50,349 nt of DNA from Actinomycetota bacterium (GCA_011682385.1 JAACET010000005.1:1-50349); one strand, 5' to 3'. Numbered from the stretch's first letter, positions 16,511 to 26,886 are shown. Notes: generated by a model not told the origin, from the sequence alone. Program-made: numbers and translations.

Positions 16511-17143
16511 TTACATAGAACAAAGTTCAACAATCAAATGCTCCTCAACAGGTATCTGAACGTCATCGCGTGTGGGCATGGCCAAAATGGTGACCTTGGG
16601 TGTCTTCTCGTCCAAAGATAACCATCCGGGCAACTGACGGCCCTTGTTGGCGTCAACCTGCTCGCGAACCTGCTTGAGAGACTTCTCCGAATCCTTCACC
16701 GTAATGAAATCGCCGGGCTTGACCAAATAACTGGCCACGTCAACCTTGTGATCGTTGACGTAAATGTGGCCGTGATTCACCAACTGACGGGAAGCCCGAC
16801 GCGAAACAGTAAAGCCACTACGGAAAACGGCATTGTCCAACCGCCGTTCCAAAAAACTCAAAAGGGCAGCTCCAGTGTTCTGCTTCTGCTTGGAAGCCCG
16901 AGCAAAATAAATGCGGAACTGCTTCTCCAAAACACCATAATAACGCTTGACCTTCTGCTTCTCTCGCAAACGGATTCCATAAGACGTTCCTCGCGAACGA
17001 CGCCAACCGTGCATTCCCGGAGGATTATTATGGCCTTGCCGCTCAATGGGACACTTGGCGGTGTCACAGCGAACGCCCTTAAGAAAAAGCTTTATGCCCT
17101 CACGACGACATAAACGACATTGAGGACCAACATTCCTAGCCAT
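16511..17143 (-). CDS. rpsD: 30S ribosomal protein S4 (Zn-ribbon type)
   Basis: MARNVGPQCRLCRREGIKLFLKG; GGGAG upstream of the ATG at 17143. Confidence 0.95.
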   Translation of the reverse strand: MARNVGPQCRLCRREGIKLFLKGVRCDTAKCPIERQGHNNPPGMHGWRRSRGTSYGIRLREKQKVKRYYGVLEKQFRIYFARASKQKQNTGAALLSFLERRLDNAVFRSGFTVSRRASRQLVNHGHIYVNDHKVDVASYLVKPGDFITVKDSEKSLKQVREQVDANKGRQLPGWLSLDEKTPKVTILAMPTRDDVQIPVEEHLIVELCSM

Positions 17144-17178
17144 ACCTGGGCAACTCCCTTGATAATAAAAATTCCCTA

Positions 17179-17571
17179 CTAGACACGCCGTCTCTTCCTC
17201 GGCCGACAACCATTGTGCGGCAAAGGTGTGACATCCTCAATGGTCTGAATCCTCAGGCCGGCAGCCTGCAAAGCGGTAATGGCTGACTCACGACCAGAAC
17301 CAGGACCCTTGACCCGAACCTCAACCTCCATAATGCCAAACTTCTTGGCTGTGGCAGCACAACGCTCAGCAGCACGCTGAGCCGCAAAAGGAGTACTCTT
17401 GCGAGAACCCTTAAAGCCAACAGTGCCGGCAGAATTCCAGCAAATGGTATCGCCCTCAGTATCAGTAATAGTCACCGTAGTATTGTTAAAGGTAGCATTA
17501 ATATGAGCAATACCACGGGAAACCGAGCGGCGACTACGCCGAGCATTCGGCTTGCGCTTCATCTGAGCCAT
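17179..17571 (-). CDS. rpsK: 30S ribosomal protein S11
   Basis: [18 protein letters not shown] ... [12 protein letters not shown]; operon position. Confidence 0.96.
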   Translation of the reverse strand: MAQMKRKPNARRSRRSVSRGIAHINATFNNTTVTITDTEGDTICWNSAGTVGFKGSRKSTPFAAQRAAERCAATAKKFGIMEVEVRVKGPGSGRESAITALQAAGLRIQTIEDVTPLPHNGCRPRKRRRV

Positions 17572-17601
17572 AAATTCACCTCTTTGCCTTTACTATATAC
17601 A

Positions 17602-17985
17602 CTAATGACGCTCTTTGACGCCCTTCTTGCCGGCGACAGTCTTCTTGGGCCCCTTACGTGTGCGAGCATTGGTCTGAGTGTTTTGGCCGCGGACAGGAAG
17701 ACCTCGCCGATGACGCAATCCACGATAGCTGCCAATGTCCCGCAGACGGGCAATGTTCTGACTGATCTGACGCCGAAGCTGGCCCTCCACCACATACGAA
17801 CGATCCAAAACGCCGGAAATGCGTGAGATCTCGTCCTCAGAAAGATCACGACCTCTAGTGGTTGGATCAATCTGAGCCTCCTTGAGTATCTGCTGAGCAG
17901 AAAAAAGACCCACGCCAAAAATGTAGGTCAAACCCACATCAATACGCTTGTTATTGGGCACGTCCACACCGACAATACGTGGCAT
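17602..17985 (-). CDS. rpsM: 30S ribosomal protein S13
   Basis: [24 protein letters not shown]; GGGAG 6 nt upstream of the ATG at 17985. Confidence 0.95.
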   Translation of the reverse strand: MPRIVGVDVPNNKRIDVGLTYIFGVGLFSAQQILKEAQIDPTTRGRDLSEDEISRISGVLDRSYVVEGQLRRQISQNIARLRDIGSYRGLRHRRGLPVRGQNTQTNARTRKGPKKTVAGKKGVKERH

Positions 17986-18019
17986 AAAACACTCCCGGCC
18001 TAAAAAGGCCTGCCAAAAG

Positions 18020-18136
18020 CTACTTGCCCTGCCGCTGCTTGTGACGCGGATTGGTGCAAATAACCCGAACCACTCCCCGGCGGCGGATAACCTTACAATT
18101 CTCACAGATACGCTTTACCGAACTACGAACCTTCAT
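18020..18136 (-). CDS. rpmJ: 50S ribosomal protein L36 (Zn-binding form)
   Basis: Hand translation gives [38 protein letters not shown]. It is below the ORF-track length cutoff and sits between infA and rpsM. Confidence 0.93.
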   Translation of the reverse strand: MKVRSSVKRICENCKVIRRRGVVRVICTNPRHKQRQGK

Positions 18137-18152
18137 AACAACATCCCTGAGC

Positions 18153-18368
18153 TTACTTACGCAAAATAATCCGGCCTCTACTCAAATCGTAGGGCGAAAG
18201 CTCCACAGTGACCTCGTCGCCAGGCAAAATCCGAATGAAATGCATCCGCATCTTACCGGAAACATGAGCCAACACCATATGCCCATTGGTCAACTGCACA
18301 TTAAACCTGGCGTTAGGCAGAGCCTCCTTCACGACGGCATCAACGCGAATAGCTTCCTGCTTGGCCAT
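18153..18368 (-). CDS. infA: translation initiation factor IF-1
   Basis: [42 protein letters not shown]. Confidence 0.96.
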   Translation of the reverse strand: MAKQEAIRVDAVVKEALPNARFNVQLTNGHMVLAHVSGKMRMHFIRILPGDEVTVELSPYDLSRGRIILRK

Positions 18369-18386
18369 AAATTACCAAACCCTTAT

Positions 18387-19172
18387 TTAAAACTCAAACC
18401 AGGTTCCGGCAGTCAAAACCTCAGCACCGTCGGCAGTTATAGCTACCGTGTGCTCAAAATGAGCACACAAACGAGAATCGGCGGTCACCACCGTCCAACC
18501 GTCCGAAAGAGTCTTAACCTTCTTGGAACCGGCATTGACCATGGGCTCAATAGCTAAGACCAAGCCGGGCTCCAATAGAAAATCATCAGTCTTAGGGTCG
18601 ACAAAATTAGGCACACGCGGATCCTCGTGCATAGTCAACCCAATGCCGTGGCCGACAAAATCCTCCACTATCGAACAGCCGGCCTCACGAACAAAAGAAG
18701 CCATCATCTGAGCAACCTCGGACCAACGCCGGTAAGGCTTGCAGTTGGCCACGGCCAACTTCAAGGCGTCCTTGGTGAGCTGAACCAACCGGGAAGACTC
18801 AGGACTGACCTGGCCGATCAAAAGAGTAGTGGCGGCATCACCACAATAACCGTCCATGCGGACGCCAAAATCGACACTCAAAATGTCACCGTCAGCCAAG
18901 GGGCGATCATCCGGAATGCCATGGACCAAAACATCATTACAACTGGCACAAATGGCCGACGGAAAAGGAGCCTTACCGTGCGGGTTGGGCACGCCCCTAA
19001 ACAGGGCCTGAGCAGAGGCCTGCTCGGTCATCTGCGAGGCTATGGCATCCAACTGGGCAGTAGTCACGCCCGGGACAGCCTTGCGGCTGAGAGCCTCCAA
19101 AACCTGGGAGACCAAAGCGCAGGACCGGCGAATCAGGTCCAACTCCCGAGCAGATTTCAAACTAATGGCCAT
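18387..19172 (-). CDS. map: type I methionine aminopeptidase
   Basis: Metal-ligand contexts DILSVDFGVRMDGYCGD, GHGIG, LAIEPMV, AHFEHTV. The ATG at 19172 is preferred over the TTG at 19181. Confidence 0.93.
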   Translation of the reverse strand: MAISLKSARELDLIRRSCALVSQVLEALSRKAVPGVTTAQLDAIASQMTEQASAQALFRGVPNPHGKAPFPSAICASCNDVLVHGIPDDRPLADGDILSVDFGVRMDGYCGDAATTLLIGQVSPESSRLVQLTKDALKLAVANCKPYRRWSEVAQMMASFVREAGCSIVEDFVGHGIGLTMHEDPRVPNFVDPKTDDFLLEPGLVLAIEPMVNAGSKKVKTLSDGWTVVTADSRLCAHFEHTVAITADGAEVLTAGTWFEF

Positions 19173-19186
19173 AGCAAACAACTTCC

Positions 19187-19855
19187 TTACGACTCGTCAA
19201 CCGGACTAACAACACCACCGAGGACCTGCAGGGCCTGCTGATATATCTCGGAAATGTCCTTGTTACCGTCAAGGCGATGGAACCGGCCGACGCCAGCATA
19301 ATAATCCAACAACGGCTGAGTCAACCGCCGATAGTTTTCCAAACGAGTGCGAACCACATCCGGGGCATCGTCAGGTCGCGATATCAGCTCAGCTCCATCA
19401 CGGTCACATTTGCCGGGCACGGCCGGCGGAATGTTGTCAACGTGATAAGTGGCGTTACAAACCGGACAAACACGCCGGCCAGACAAACGGGAAATAATAA
19501 CCTCGGCGTCAGCATCCAGGTATAACACCAAGTCAATCTGCGATTCCAGCTCAACCAAACTGGCATCCAAGGCCTGAGCCTGCGGCAGCGTCCGCGGAAA
19601 ACCGTCCAAAATGTAACCGGCAGAACAGTCCGGCTGGCAAAGACGGCTAATCATAACCTTAACAATGATCTCGTCCGGCACCAATGCACCAGAATCCAAA
19701 TACTGCTGAACAGTCCGGCCTAAATCACTGCCCTGGCGAATCTGGGAACGGAGAATATCACCACTGGCCAACTGCGGCACAGACAAATGCTCAACCAGAC
19801 GAGCGGCTAACGTACCCTTGCCCGCACCAGGTGGTCCCAGAAGAATAATCCTCAT
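19187..19855 (-). CDS. adk: adenylate kinase (Cys-type LID)
   Basis: P-loop GPPGAGKGT; LID CPVCNATYH...GKCDRDG. Its ATG overlaps the secY TGA (ATGA). Confidence 0.95.
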   Translation of the reverse strand: MRIILLGPPGAGKGTLAARLVEHLSVPQLASGDILRSQIRQGSDLGRTVQQYLDSGALVPDEIIVKVMISRLCQPDCSAGYILDGFPRTLPQAQALDASLVELESQIDLVLYLDADAEVIISRLSGRRVCPVCNATYHVDNIPPAVPGKCDRDGAELISRPDDAPDVVRTRLENYRRLTQPLLDYYAGVGRFHRLDGNKDISEIYQQALQVLGGVVSPVDES

Positions 19856-21225
19856 CAGTAGGCCCCCCTTATTCGCCCGGCTGACTCGCCCAGAAAACCC
19901 TCATAGTTCCGCATGATCAGATTGGCTTCAATGCGATTGACCAAATCCAAAGCAACGGAAATAACAATCAGTAAACCCGTACCACCCAAAAATGCGGAAA
20001 TCTGAAACGGAATCTGCAACCCCTGAGCTATGACCGTGGGAATGACGGCAATGATACATAAAAAGGCCGCACCAACATAAGTGATCCGCTCCATGACCTG
20101 CTCAAGATACTCAGCCGTACGACGACCAGGACGCAAGCCAGGTATAAACGAACCATAGTCCCGCAAATTCTTGGCCATCTCCTTGGGCTGGAACTGGACC
20201 GTGGTCCAGAAATAGGCAAAGAAATAAATCAACAAAACATAGCAGAGATTGTAGAGGTACTTGTGGCCACCGAAATCAGCAGCTAAAAAACTTATAAAAC
20301 TATTGTGCCACCAATTGGCCAGGCCGCCAAAAATCATGCCCGGAAACATCATCAAACTAACAGCGAAAATAATGGGCAGCACGCCGCCATGGTTGACCCG
20401 CAACGGTAAATACTGACGCTGGCCGCCAAAAACTCTACGGCCGCGAGTAACCTTGGCCTGCTGAATAGGTATCCGCCGTTGACCCTGAGTAATAAGAATG
20501 GCCCCGGCCACAACAAACACAAAACAAGCTATTATAAAGATGAGCTTGCCCACACCAATGGCATTGGCTGGTGCGGCCTGACTGGGATCCCAAAGCGTAT
20601 AAATAGACTGGAAGGCAACAGGCAAACGGGAGACAATACCGGCCATGATAATCAAACTGATACCATTGCCGATACCGTAAGCGTCAATCTGCTCACCAAG
20701 CCACATCATAAAGACCGTGCCGCAAGTCAATGACAAAACGGCAATGACCCAGTCGAACGTGCCAAAGTCAGACACCAGCACGCCCTTCCGGGCCAGCCAA
20801 CTGGTCCACATAATAGCCTGCATGATACAAATGGCCACTGTGAGATAACGAGTGTACTCGTTGATCTTTCGGCGGCCGATCTCGCCCTCCTGCTGGAGCT
20901 TCTGCAGCGAAGGAATGACCGTGCCGAGCAACTGCAAAATAATCGAGGCGGAAATATAGGGCATGATACCCAGGCCAAACAGGGTGGACCTCTTTAGACT
21001 ACCGCCAGTAAACACGGAAAAATAGTTCAACATCTGGCCAACGGCACCACTACCCTCGGCCGCACGGCCCATAACAGTTACAAAGGTTTGCTGATCCACA
21101 CCCGGCAAGGGCACAGCAAATCCTATGCGGTAAATGCAGAGCAGGCCAAGAGTAAACAAAATCTTCCGGCGAAGCTCAGGTATCCGAAAGACATTCAGTA
21201 TGGTGGAGAAAAAGGCCATTGGCAA
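19855..21225 (-). CDS. secY: preprotein translocase subunit SecY
   Basis: 456 aa, 10 hydrophobic segments, C-terminal GGTGLLIVISVALD; lies between rplO and adk. Confidence 0.96.
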   Translation of the reverse strand: MPMAFFSTILNVFRIPELRRKILFTLGLLCIYRIGFAVPLPGVDQQTFVTVMGRAAEGSGAVGQMLNYFSVFTGGSLKRSTLFGLGIMPYISASIILQLLGTVIPSLQKLQQEGEIGRRKINEYTRYLTVAICIMQAIMWTSWLARKGVLVSDFGTFDWVIAVLSLTCGTVFMMWLGEQIDAYGIGNGISLIIMAGIVSRLPVAFQSIYTLWDPSQAAPANAIGVGKLIFIIACFVFVVAGAILITQGQRRIPIQQAKVTRGRRVFGGQRQYLPLRVNHGGVLPIIFAVSLMMFPGMIFGGLANWWHNSFISFLAADFGGHKYLYNLCYVLLIYFFAYFWTTVQFQPKEMAKNLRDYGSFIPGLRPGRRTAEYLEQVMERITYVGAAFLCIIAVIPTVIAQGLQIPFQISAFLGGTGLLIVISVALDLVNRIEANLIMRNYEGFLGESAGRIRGAY

Positions 21226-21247
21226 AACTCGTAACTATTCAAAAAAA

Positions 21248-21694
21248 CTAAGAAATAATCCGGGCCTCTCCGCCGGCATCAGAAATGCTCTTGGCGGCAG
21301 AGGTGGAGAACTTATTGGCCAAAACAGTCAACTTCTTATCCAACTTACCGGGACCAAGTATCTTGACCAAACTTGAGGGGTCGTCAATCAGCCCGGCCTT
21401 CTGAAGTGCCCGGCCATCAACAGTAGCACCATCGTCAAAACGATTCAGATCATAAAGATGTACCAAATCGTAACGCGTCCTATAGCGGGCGTTAGAAAAA
21501 CCACGCTTGGGCAAGCGGCGATAGAAAGGCTTGGCTCCGCCTTCAGCTAACAGCCGACCTCCACTGCCGGAACGCGAGTTGGCTCCCTTGTGACCCCGGC
21601 CGCAGGTCTTGCCCAATCCCGAACCAGTACCCCGGCCGCGACGACGACTCGAACGATTCGAACCAACCTTGCTGGTAACATCGTGTATCAACAT
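21248..21694 (-). CDS. rplO: 50S ribosomal protein L15
   Basis: RRRGRGTGSGLGKTCGRGHKGANSR. Its ATG overlaps the rpsE TGA (ATGA), leaving no room for rpmD. Confidence 0.95.
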   Translation of the reverse strand: MLIHDVTSKVGSNRSSRRRGRGTGSGLGKTCGRGHKGANSRSGSGGRLLAEGGAKPFYRRLPKRGFSNARYRTRYDLVHLYDLNRFDDGATVDGRALQKAGLIDDPSSLVKILGPGKLDKKLTVLANKFSTSAAKSISDAGGEARIIS

Positions 21695-22185
21695 CAGTCT
21701 AATGCCACTCCGCGAAGCTGCTGGACCTGCTCGCGAGAACGTAATTTCAATAGGCCATCAAATGTAGCCTTGACCACGTTCTTGGGCGATGTAGAACCTC
21801 GCAACTTAGTCAAAACGTCCTGAACTCCAGCCAACTCCAAAACCGCTCGTGCACTGGCACCGGCAATAACCCCGGTTCCCTCACGGGAAGGAACCAAAAC
21901 AATACTCGAAGCCCCAAAGCGACCTATAATCTCGTGAGGAATAGTATTGCCGGCTAAGGTAACCGTCTGAATGCTCTTGCGAGCATCCTTCATGGCCTTC
22001 TCGACGGCTACAGGAACCTCGTTGGCCTTGCCGTAACCCCAGCCAATATGGCCCCCGCGGTCTCCAACCACAACCAAAGCAGCAAAAGAAAACCGCCGAC
22101 CACCCTTGACCACCGTCGCACAACGGTAAATCTTAACCACCGATTCCTTAAAAGCAGATGCGTCGGCATCATATTTTCTCGCCAC
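21694..22185 (-). CDS. rpsE: 30S ribosomal protein S5
   Basis: VVKGGRRFSFAALVVVGD. A GTG at 22185 with GGAGGA 6 nt upstream is preferred to the TTG at 22215. Confidence 0.93.
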   Translation of the reverse strand: MARKYDADASAFKESVVKIYRCATVVKGGRRFSFAALVVVGDRGGHIGWGYGKANEVPVAVEKAMKDARKSIQTVTLAGNTIPHEIIGRFGASSIVLVPSREGTGVIAGASARAVLELAGVQDVLTKLRGSTSPKNVVKATFDGLLKLRSREQVQQLRGVALD

Positions 22186-22236
22186 GCAAAATCCTCCGGA
22201 AAAAACCCCCGGCAAAACCAGGAGCTAAACACCAAT

Positions 22237-22611
22237 CTAAAAAATCAAGCCGGCTTCCCTAGCAGCCTCGGCCAAGGCCCGGACCCGGCCATGATATCTA
22301 TAATGGCCACGATCAAAACAAACCTGAGTAATGCCCTGGGCTACGGCGGCATCCGCAATAGCCTTGCCCACAGCCTGAGCAGCAGACTTGTTCGACCCCC
22401 GGCCATCAGATAACTGCTCGGCCAAAGCAGACTGCTTCGTAGAAACAGCCAGAATCGTCCGAGCAGCAGCATCGTCAATAAGCTGAGCGTAAATGTGCCG
22501 ATTGGAACGAAACACACTCAGCCGTGGACGAACCTGCGTACCTATGACCTTGGAACGTACCCGACGCCTACATTTTCGCCGACGTATAGCTGTCGCCTTA
22601 TGAGCCTGCAT
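22237..22611 (-). CDS. rplR: 50S ribosomal protein L18
   Basis: [20 protein letters not shown]; ATG at 22611. Confidence 0.94.
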   Translation of the reverse strand: MQAHKATAIRRRKCRRRVRSKVIGTQVRPRLSVFRSNRHIYAQLIDDAAARTILAVSTKQSALAEQLSDGRGSNKSAAQAVGKAIADAAVAQGITQVCFDRGHYRYHGRVRALAEAAREAGLIF

Positions 22612-22636
22612 ATAAAAAACCAAAATAGACCAAAAA

Positions 22637-22670
22637 CCTCTGGATTCCGGATCAAGTCCGGAATGACAAA
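22637..22670 (+). repeat. F2 palindrome in the rplF-rplR spacer
   Basis: cctctggATTCCGGAtcaagTCCGGAATgacaaa: 8-bp arms with a 5-nt loop. It abuts the L6 stop codon. Confidence 0.85.
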
Positions 22671-23225
22671 TTACGCGGGACCCGTCGCAAAGGCCTTACC
22701 AGCCTTGCGGCGAATGACCTCGCCTTCATAACGCATGCCCTTCTGATGGTACGGATTGGCCAAGCGAACAGAACGCACGCGAGCTGCAAAGGCATTAACG
22801 GCCTGCTTGTCAGGACCGGAAAAAATCATCCGCTGAGGAGAAGATAACTGGACTTCCACGCCCTGAGGCAAATCCAAACGTACCTGGTTGGCAAAGCCAA
22901 CATTCAAAAGCAAAGTGCGACCCTGCGTAGAGGCGGTATAGCCGACACCCTCGATGAGCACGATCCTGCTGAAGCCCTGGGTAACACCAACAACCATATT
23001 GGCCAACGTGGCCCGAGTCGTGCCGTGCAAGGCCCGCTCGGCCCTGGCCTCGCCGGCGCGAGTAACGATAAGAGTGCTGGCCTCCGAATCAAAAGCGACC
23101 GAAATCCGAGGCTCACAGTTGAAACTCAGGCTGCCCTTGGGCCCGGATACAGTGACCAAAGAAGATTCAATCTGAACCTTAACATCCTTGGGCACGGATA
23201 CAGGTTGTTTTCCGATACGACTCAT
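22671..23225 (-). CDS. rplF: 50S ribosomal protein L6
   Basis: [17 protein letters not shown]; ATG at 23225. Confidence 0.95.
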   Translation of the reverse strand: MSRIGKQPVSVPKDVKVQIESSLVTVSGPKGSLSFNCEPRISVAFDSEASTLIVTRAGEARAERALHGTTRATLANMVVGVTQGFSRIVLIEGVGYTASTQGRTLLLNVGFANQVRLDLPQGVEVQLSSPQRMIFSGPDKQAVNAFAARVRSVRLANPYHQKGMRYEGEVIRRKAGKAFATGPA

Positions 23226-23241
23226 CAAACAACTCCAAAGA

Positions 23242-23269
23242 CACCCCCGGCACGTAGGGCGGGGGCATT
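23242..23269 (+). repeat. F1 GC hairpin in the rpsH-rplF spacer
   Basis: caCCCCCGGCacgtagGgCGGGGGcatt, with one arm mismatch. Confidence 0.85.
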
Positions 23270-23275
23270 AGGATA

Positions 23276-23674
23276 TCAACTCACTGTGGCTAACAACTCG
23301 CCGCCAATCTTGGCTTCACGACATTGACGGTCGGACATAATACCTCGACTGGTCGAAACCACAGCTATTCCCAAACCATTGAGCACCCGCGGCAACTTCT
23401 CGACCGAACGGTAATCCCTACGACCAGGACGAGACTCCCGCTTTATAGTGGTAATCAAAGGCTGACCTTCAGGACCGTACTTCAAATAAATCCGTACAAG
23501 GCCCTGCTTGTCGTCGTCAATGACCTTGAAGTCCTCAATGTAACCCTCCTGCTTGAGAACAGCGGCAATACCACTGGCCATCCTAGAACCAAGCACGTCA
23601 GCACGCGGCTTAGATACACGCACGGCATTGCGTATCCTGGTGAGCATGTCAGCAATCGGGTCCGTTAAGGTCAT
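23276..23674 (-). CDS. rpsH: 30S ribosomal protein S8
   Basis: MTLTDPIADMLTRIRNA; ATG at 23674. Confidence 0.96.
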   Translation of the reverse strand: MTLTDPIADMLTRIRNAVRVSKPRADVLGSRMASGIAAVLKQEGYIEDFKVIDDDKQGLVRIYLKYGPEGQPLITTIKRESRPGRRDYRSVEKLPRVLNGLGIAVVSTSRGIMSDRQCREAKIGGELLATVS

Positions 23675-23691
23675 CAAAAAAGCTCCAAAAA

Positions 23692-23724
23692 CCGGATTCC
23701 TGCCTTCGCAGGAATGACAAAAAA
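23692..23724 (+). repeat. F2 palindrome in the rpsN-rpsH spacer
   Basis: ccggATTCCTGCcttcGCAGGAATgacaaaaaa. Confidence 0.85.
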
Positions 23725-23725
23725 A

Positions 23726-23911
23726 CTACCAACTGGCCTTCCTCACGCCGGGAATCTTGCCTTCAGAAGCCAGATTCCGAAAACAAATGCGACAAATTTT
23801 AAACTTACGATAGACAGCCCGCGGACGACCACACAAAGCACAACGCGTATAATTACGAGTAGAAAACTTCTGCTTGCGTGCACACTTGATAATCTGTCCC
23901 TTGGTGGCCAT
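23726..23911 (-). CDS. rpsN: 30S ribosomal protein S14, short type-Z Zn-binding form
   Basis: 61 aa; [22 protein letters not shown]. Confidence 0.95.
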   Translation of the reverse strand: MATKGQIIKCARKQKFSTRNYTRCALCGRPRAVYRKFKICRICFRNLASEGKIPGVRKASW

Positions 23912-23918
23912 ATACTAA

Positions 23919-24461
23919 TTACTCCGTCCGAAACGGCATACCCAACAAAGTTAATAATTTACGAGCCTGATCGTCCGATCCGGCAGTAGTAACAAAGGCT
24001 ATGTCCATGCCCTGCTGATACTCAATCTTCCCGGCATCAATCTCCGGAAAGACACTCTGCTCACTAAGCCCCATATTGTAATTCCCGCTACGGTCAAAAC
24101 CACGCGGATTCAATCCGCGAAAGTCACGCATACGAGGGATGGCTGTGTTTATCAAACGATCAACAAACTCATACATCCTGCGGCCACGAAGCGTGACCTT
24201 CAGGCCAACCTCATTGCCCTCGCGAAGCTTAAAATTGGCTACAGATTTGGTGGCCTTGCAGACCAAAGGCTTTTGGCCGGCAATCAAAGCCAAATCGGCA
24301 GCAGCAGCATCCAAACGCTTCTTCTCAGTCAAAGCCCGGCCTACACCCATCGAAACCACTACCTTGGTGAGCCGAGGAATGGCCATCACCGTGGAATAAC
24401 CGAACTCCTGCTGAAGAGCAGGTGCAATCTCAGTCTTATATCGTTCCAAAAGTCTAGCCAT
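23919..24461 (-). CDS. rplE: 50S ribosomal protein L5
   Basis: [22 protein letters not shown]; ATG at 24461. Confidence 0.95.
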   Translation of the reverse strand: MARLLERYKTEIAPALQQEFGYSTVMAIPRLTKVVVSMGVGRALTEKKRLDAAAADLALIAGQKPLVCKATKSVANFKLREGNEVGLKVTLRGRRMYEFVDRLINTAIPRMRDFRGLNPRGFDRSGNYNMGLSEQSVFPEIDAGKIEYQQGMDIAFVTTAGSDDQARKLLTLLGMPFRTE

Positions 24462-24480
24462 TACTCTCACCAAGACCAAT

Positions 24481-24828
24481 CTACTGTTTGGACTTCTTAC
24501 TCACTGCGCCTAACGATGTACCACTATGGGAGTGGCTGCCCTGGGCCACCCGGTGCTTAAGGCCATCGGACTGGACCTGGAAGCCGACCCTGGTGGGCCG
24601 ACCCGATACCAGGGGCTGAACATTGGAGATGTGAATAGAAGCTTCCTTCTCCAAACGGCCACCCTGAGGATTAGTCCGGCTGCGACGCACGTGCCGATAG
24701 ACGCGGTTAATCCCCTCAACCAGGACCCGGTTGGTCTTAGGCAAAACCTGTAAGACCCGGCCCTGTTTGCCGCGATCATCTCCAGAGATGATCCGAACAG
24801 TATCGCCTTTCTTAACGTGCCTGGGCAT
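24481..24828 (-). CDS. rplX: 50S ribosomal protein L24
   Basis: [25 protein letters not shown] (KOW motif). Confidence 0.95.
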   Translation of the reverse strand: MPRHVKKGDTVRIISGDDRGKQGRVLQVLPKTNRVLVEGINRVYRHVRRSRTNPQGGRLEKEASIHISNVQPLVSGRPTRVGFQVQSDGLKHRVAQGSHSHSGTSLGAVSKKSKQ

Positions 24829-24832
24829 GAGC

Positions 24833-25219
24833 CTAAACGACCTCCGAAGCCAAAGAAATAATCTTCATGAAATTCTTCTCCCGCAACTCACGACCCACAG
24901 CACCAAATATACGCGTGCCGCGAGGATTGTTGTCAGCGTCAATAATTACGCCGGCATTGCGGTCGAAACGAACGTAGCTCCCGTCGGCCCGACGAGTGCG
25001 ATGGCTGGTGCGAATAACCACGCAGCGAACCTTGTCGCCAGACTTAACCTCGCCGCCGGGAATGGCCTTCTTGACGGCACAAACAATCACATCACCCAGG
25101 CTGGCCGTGCGACGGGTAAACTTACCACGAGCTGTCGAACCACCCAGGACCTTAATGCACTCGGCAATCTTGGCCCCGGTGTTGTCGGCAATTACTATTC
25201 TGGTCTGCTGCTGAATCAC
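24833..25219 (-). CDS. rplN: 50S ribosomal protein L14
   Basis: (V)[20 protein letters not shown] at 25219 with AGAGG 7 nt upstream. The longer ORF-track frame would overlap rpsQ. Confidence 0.93.
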   Translation of the reverse strand: MIQQQTRIVIADNTGAKIAECIKVLGGSTARGKFTRRTASLGDVIVCAVKKAIPGGEVKSGDKVRCVVIRTSHRTRRADGSYVRFDRNAGVIIDADNNPRGTRIFGAVGRELREKNFMKIISLASEVV

Positions 25220-25244
25220 CAGATGACCTCTACAAAAAACAAGT

Positions 25245-25535
25245 CTACGCCATTTCCTCGGCGCCCTCGGGGCGATCAATGAGCTTAAAGATACGCCAAC
25301 TCTTAGTCTTGCTCACCGGACGGCACTGGATGATCTGAACCTTATCACCCACCCGGCTGTTGTCCTGAGGGTCGTGCACGTTGAGCCGCGTCGTCTTGCG
25401 GACATATTTGCCGTAACGCGGGTGCTTGACCAAACGTGTTACAGCCACACTGATAGTGCGATTGGCCTTGGCCGAGACCACCGTCCCGGTCAAAGTGCGA
25501 GCAAGGCCCCGTTTATTCTGCTTAGTCTGAGTCAT
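25245..25535 (-). CDS. rpsQ: 30S ribosomal protein S17
   Basis: [30 protein letters not shown]. Confidence 0.95.
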   Translation of the reverse strand: MTQTKQNKRGLARTLTGTVVSAKANRTISVAVTRLVKHPRYGKYVRKTTRLNVHDPQDNSRVGDKVQIIQCRPVSKTKSWRIFKLIDRPEGAEEMA

Positions 25536-25540
25536 TACAA

Positions 25541-25738
25541 CTATAGCTCCTGCTGCGTCCGTTCAACCACCACCGTCTTTATCCTGGCAATGTCCCGCTT
25601 GGCCTTTCCGAGCAGGCTGGGATCCTCAAGCTTCTCCGTAACGGCCTGAGAACGAATGTCAAACAAGTGCCGTTCCAGACGCTCCAACTCCGCGGCCAAC
25701 TCCTCGTTGGAAAAAGCTTTAATCTCGCCAATCTTCAT
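25541..25738 (-). CDS. rpmC: 50S ribosomal protein L29
   Basis: MKIGEIKAFSNEELAAELERLERHLFDIR. Confidence 0.93.
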   Translation of the reverse strand: MKIGEIKAFSNEELAAELERLERHLFDIRSQAVTEKLEDPSLLGKAKRDIARIKTVVVERTQQEL

Positions 25739-25766
25739 CAAAAAACCTCACACGACATCAATAAAT

Positions 25767-26186
25767 CTACAAAGTGTGCCGCCGGTGAAGAAACCGACAA
25801 CGCACAGGCATCTTGTGGGCTACCCGACGCAGAGCACGCTTGGCCAACTCCTCAGATACGCCGGCAATCTCAAACATCACCGTGCCAGGCTTTACACAGG
25901 CTACCCAAGTGTCCGGCTCACCCTTGCCCTTGCCCATGCGAGTCTCCAAGGGCTTGGACGAAATCGATTTGTGCGGAAAAATACGCACAAAAACCCGGCC
26001 TTCACGGTGCAAAAAATGCGTGGCGGCTACCCGGCCAGCCTCTATCTGCTGAGTGGTTATCCAACCAAGACCCAGTGACTGAAGGCCATACTCACCAAAA
26101 GCTACAGTGTTGCCCTTGGTGGCCCTGCCCTTAAGCTTGCCACGCTGGAACTTACGGAACTTAACTCTCTTGGGCATCAAAGCCAT
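25767..26186 (-). CDS. rplP: 50S ribosomal protein L16
   Basis: [20 protein letters not shown]. Confidence 0.96.
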   Translation of the reverse strand: MALMPKRVKFRKFQRGKLKGRATKGNTVAFGEYGLQSLGLGWITTQQIEAGRVAATHFLHREGRVFVRIFPHKSISSKPLETRMGKGKGEPDTWVACVKPGTVMFEIAGVSEELAKRALRRVAHKMPVRCRFLHRRHTL

Positions 26187-26843
26187 CTATGCGGTCTCCT
26201 GGACGTCAGGGAAAAGACCCTTGTATATCCAAACCTTCACACCAATAGCACCATAAGTGGTACGCGAAACGGCCACGGCATAATCAACGTCGGCCTTGAG
26301 GGTGTGCAAAGGAATACTACCCAACATCTGAGCCTCAGAACGAGCAATCTCGGCACCGGACAACCGGCCGGAACAAATAATCTTGATACCTAAAGCACCG
26401 GCAGACATGGCTGTCTCACACCGCTGACGCATGGTCCGACGATAAGAAGAACGTCGCCGGAGCTGCTGAGCTATGCCGTCGGCAACCAACTGGGCGTCCA
26501 GGTCGGGCTTGCGTACCTCCACGACATTGACGTTAAGAAGTCGATTGGTCAGAGACTCCAACTCGCCCTTGAGCTTGTCAATCTCCGCACCGCGGGCACC
26601 AATGACCACTCCCGGACGAGCAGTGTGAATGGTCAACTTGACCTCCTCACGGGTCCGCTCTATCTCCACACGAGAAATGGCAGCATAGGGCATATTCCGG
26701 TTGAGCCGACGATCCAGGAAATCACGGATCTTCTTGTCCTCAACCAAAAACTCGCCAAAACTGGCCTTGGGAGCATACCAACGCGATTGCCAAGTTTTGG
26801 TAATCCCAGTGCGAAAACCGGTAGGTGAAACTTTTTGGCCCAT
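26187..26843 (-). CDS. rpsC: 30S ribosomal protein S3
   Basis: MGQKVSPTGFRTGITKTWQSRWYA; ATG at 26843. Confidence 0.95.
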   Translation of the reverse strand: MGQKVSPTGFRTGITKTWQSRWYAPKASFGEFLVEDKKIRDFLDRRLNRNMPYAAISRVEIERTREEVKLTIHTARPGVVIGARGAEIDKLKGELESLTNRLLNVNVVEVRKPDLDAQLVADGIAQQLRRRSSYRRTMRQRCETAMSAGALGIKIICSGRLSGAEIARSEAQMLGSIPLHTLKADVDYAVAVSRTTYGAIGVKVWIYKGLFPDVQETA

Positions 26844-26861
26844 AACAGTTAACTCAAAAGC

Positions 26862-26886
26862 AAATATCAAAAATCAAATATCAAAA
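26862..26886 (-). repeat. heptad tract (TTTGATA TTTGATT TTTGATA on the minus strand) 18 nt upstream of the rpsC start
   Basis: Shares an exact 23-mer (atatcaaaaatcaaatatcaaaa on the plus strand) with 44331-44353. Confidence 0.85.
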
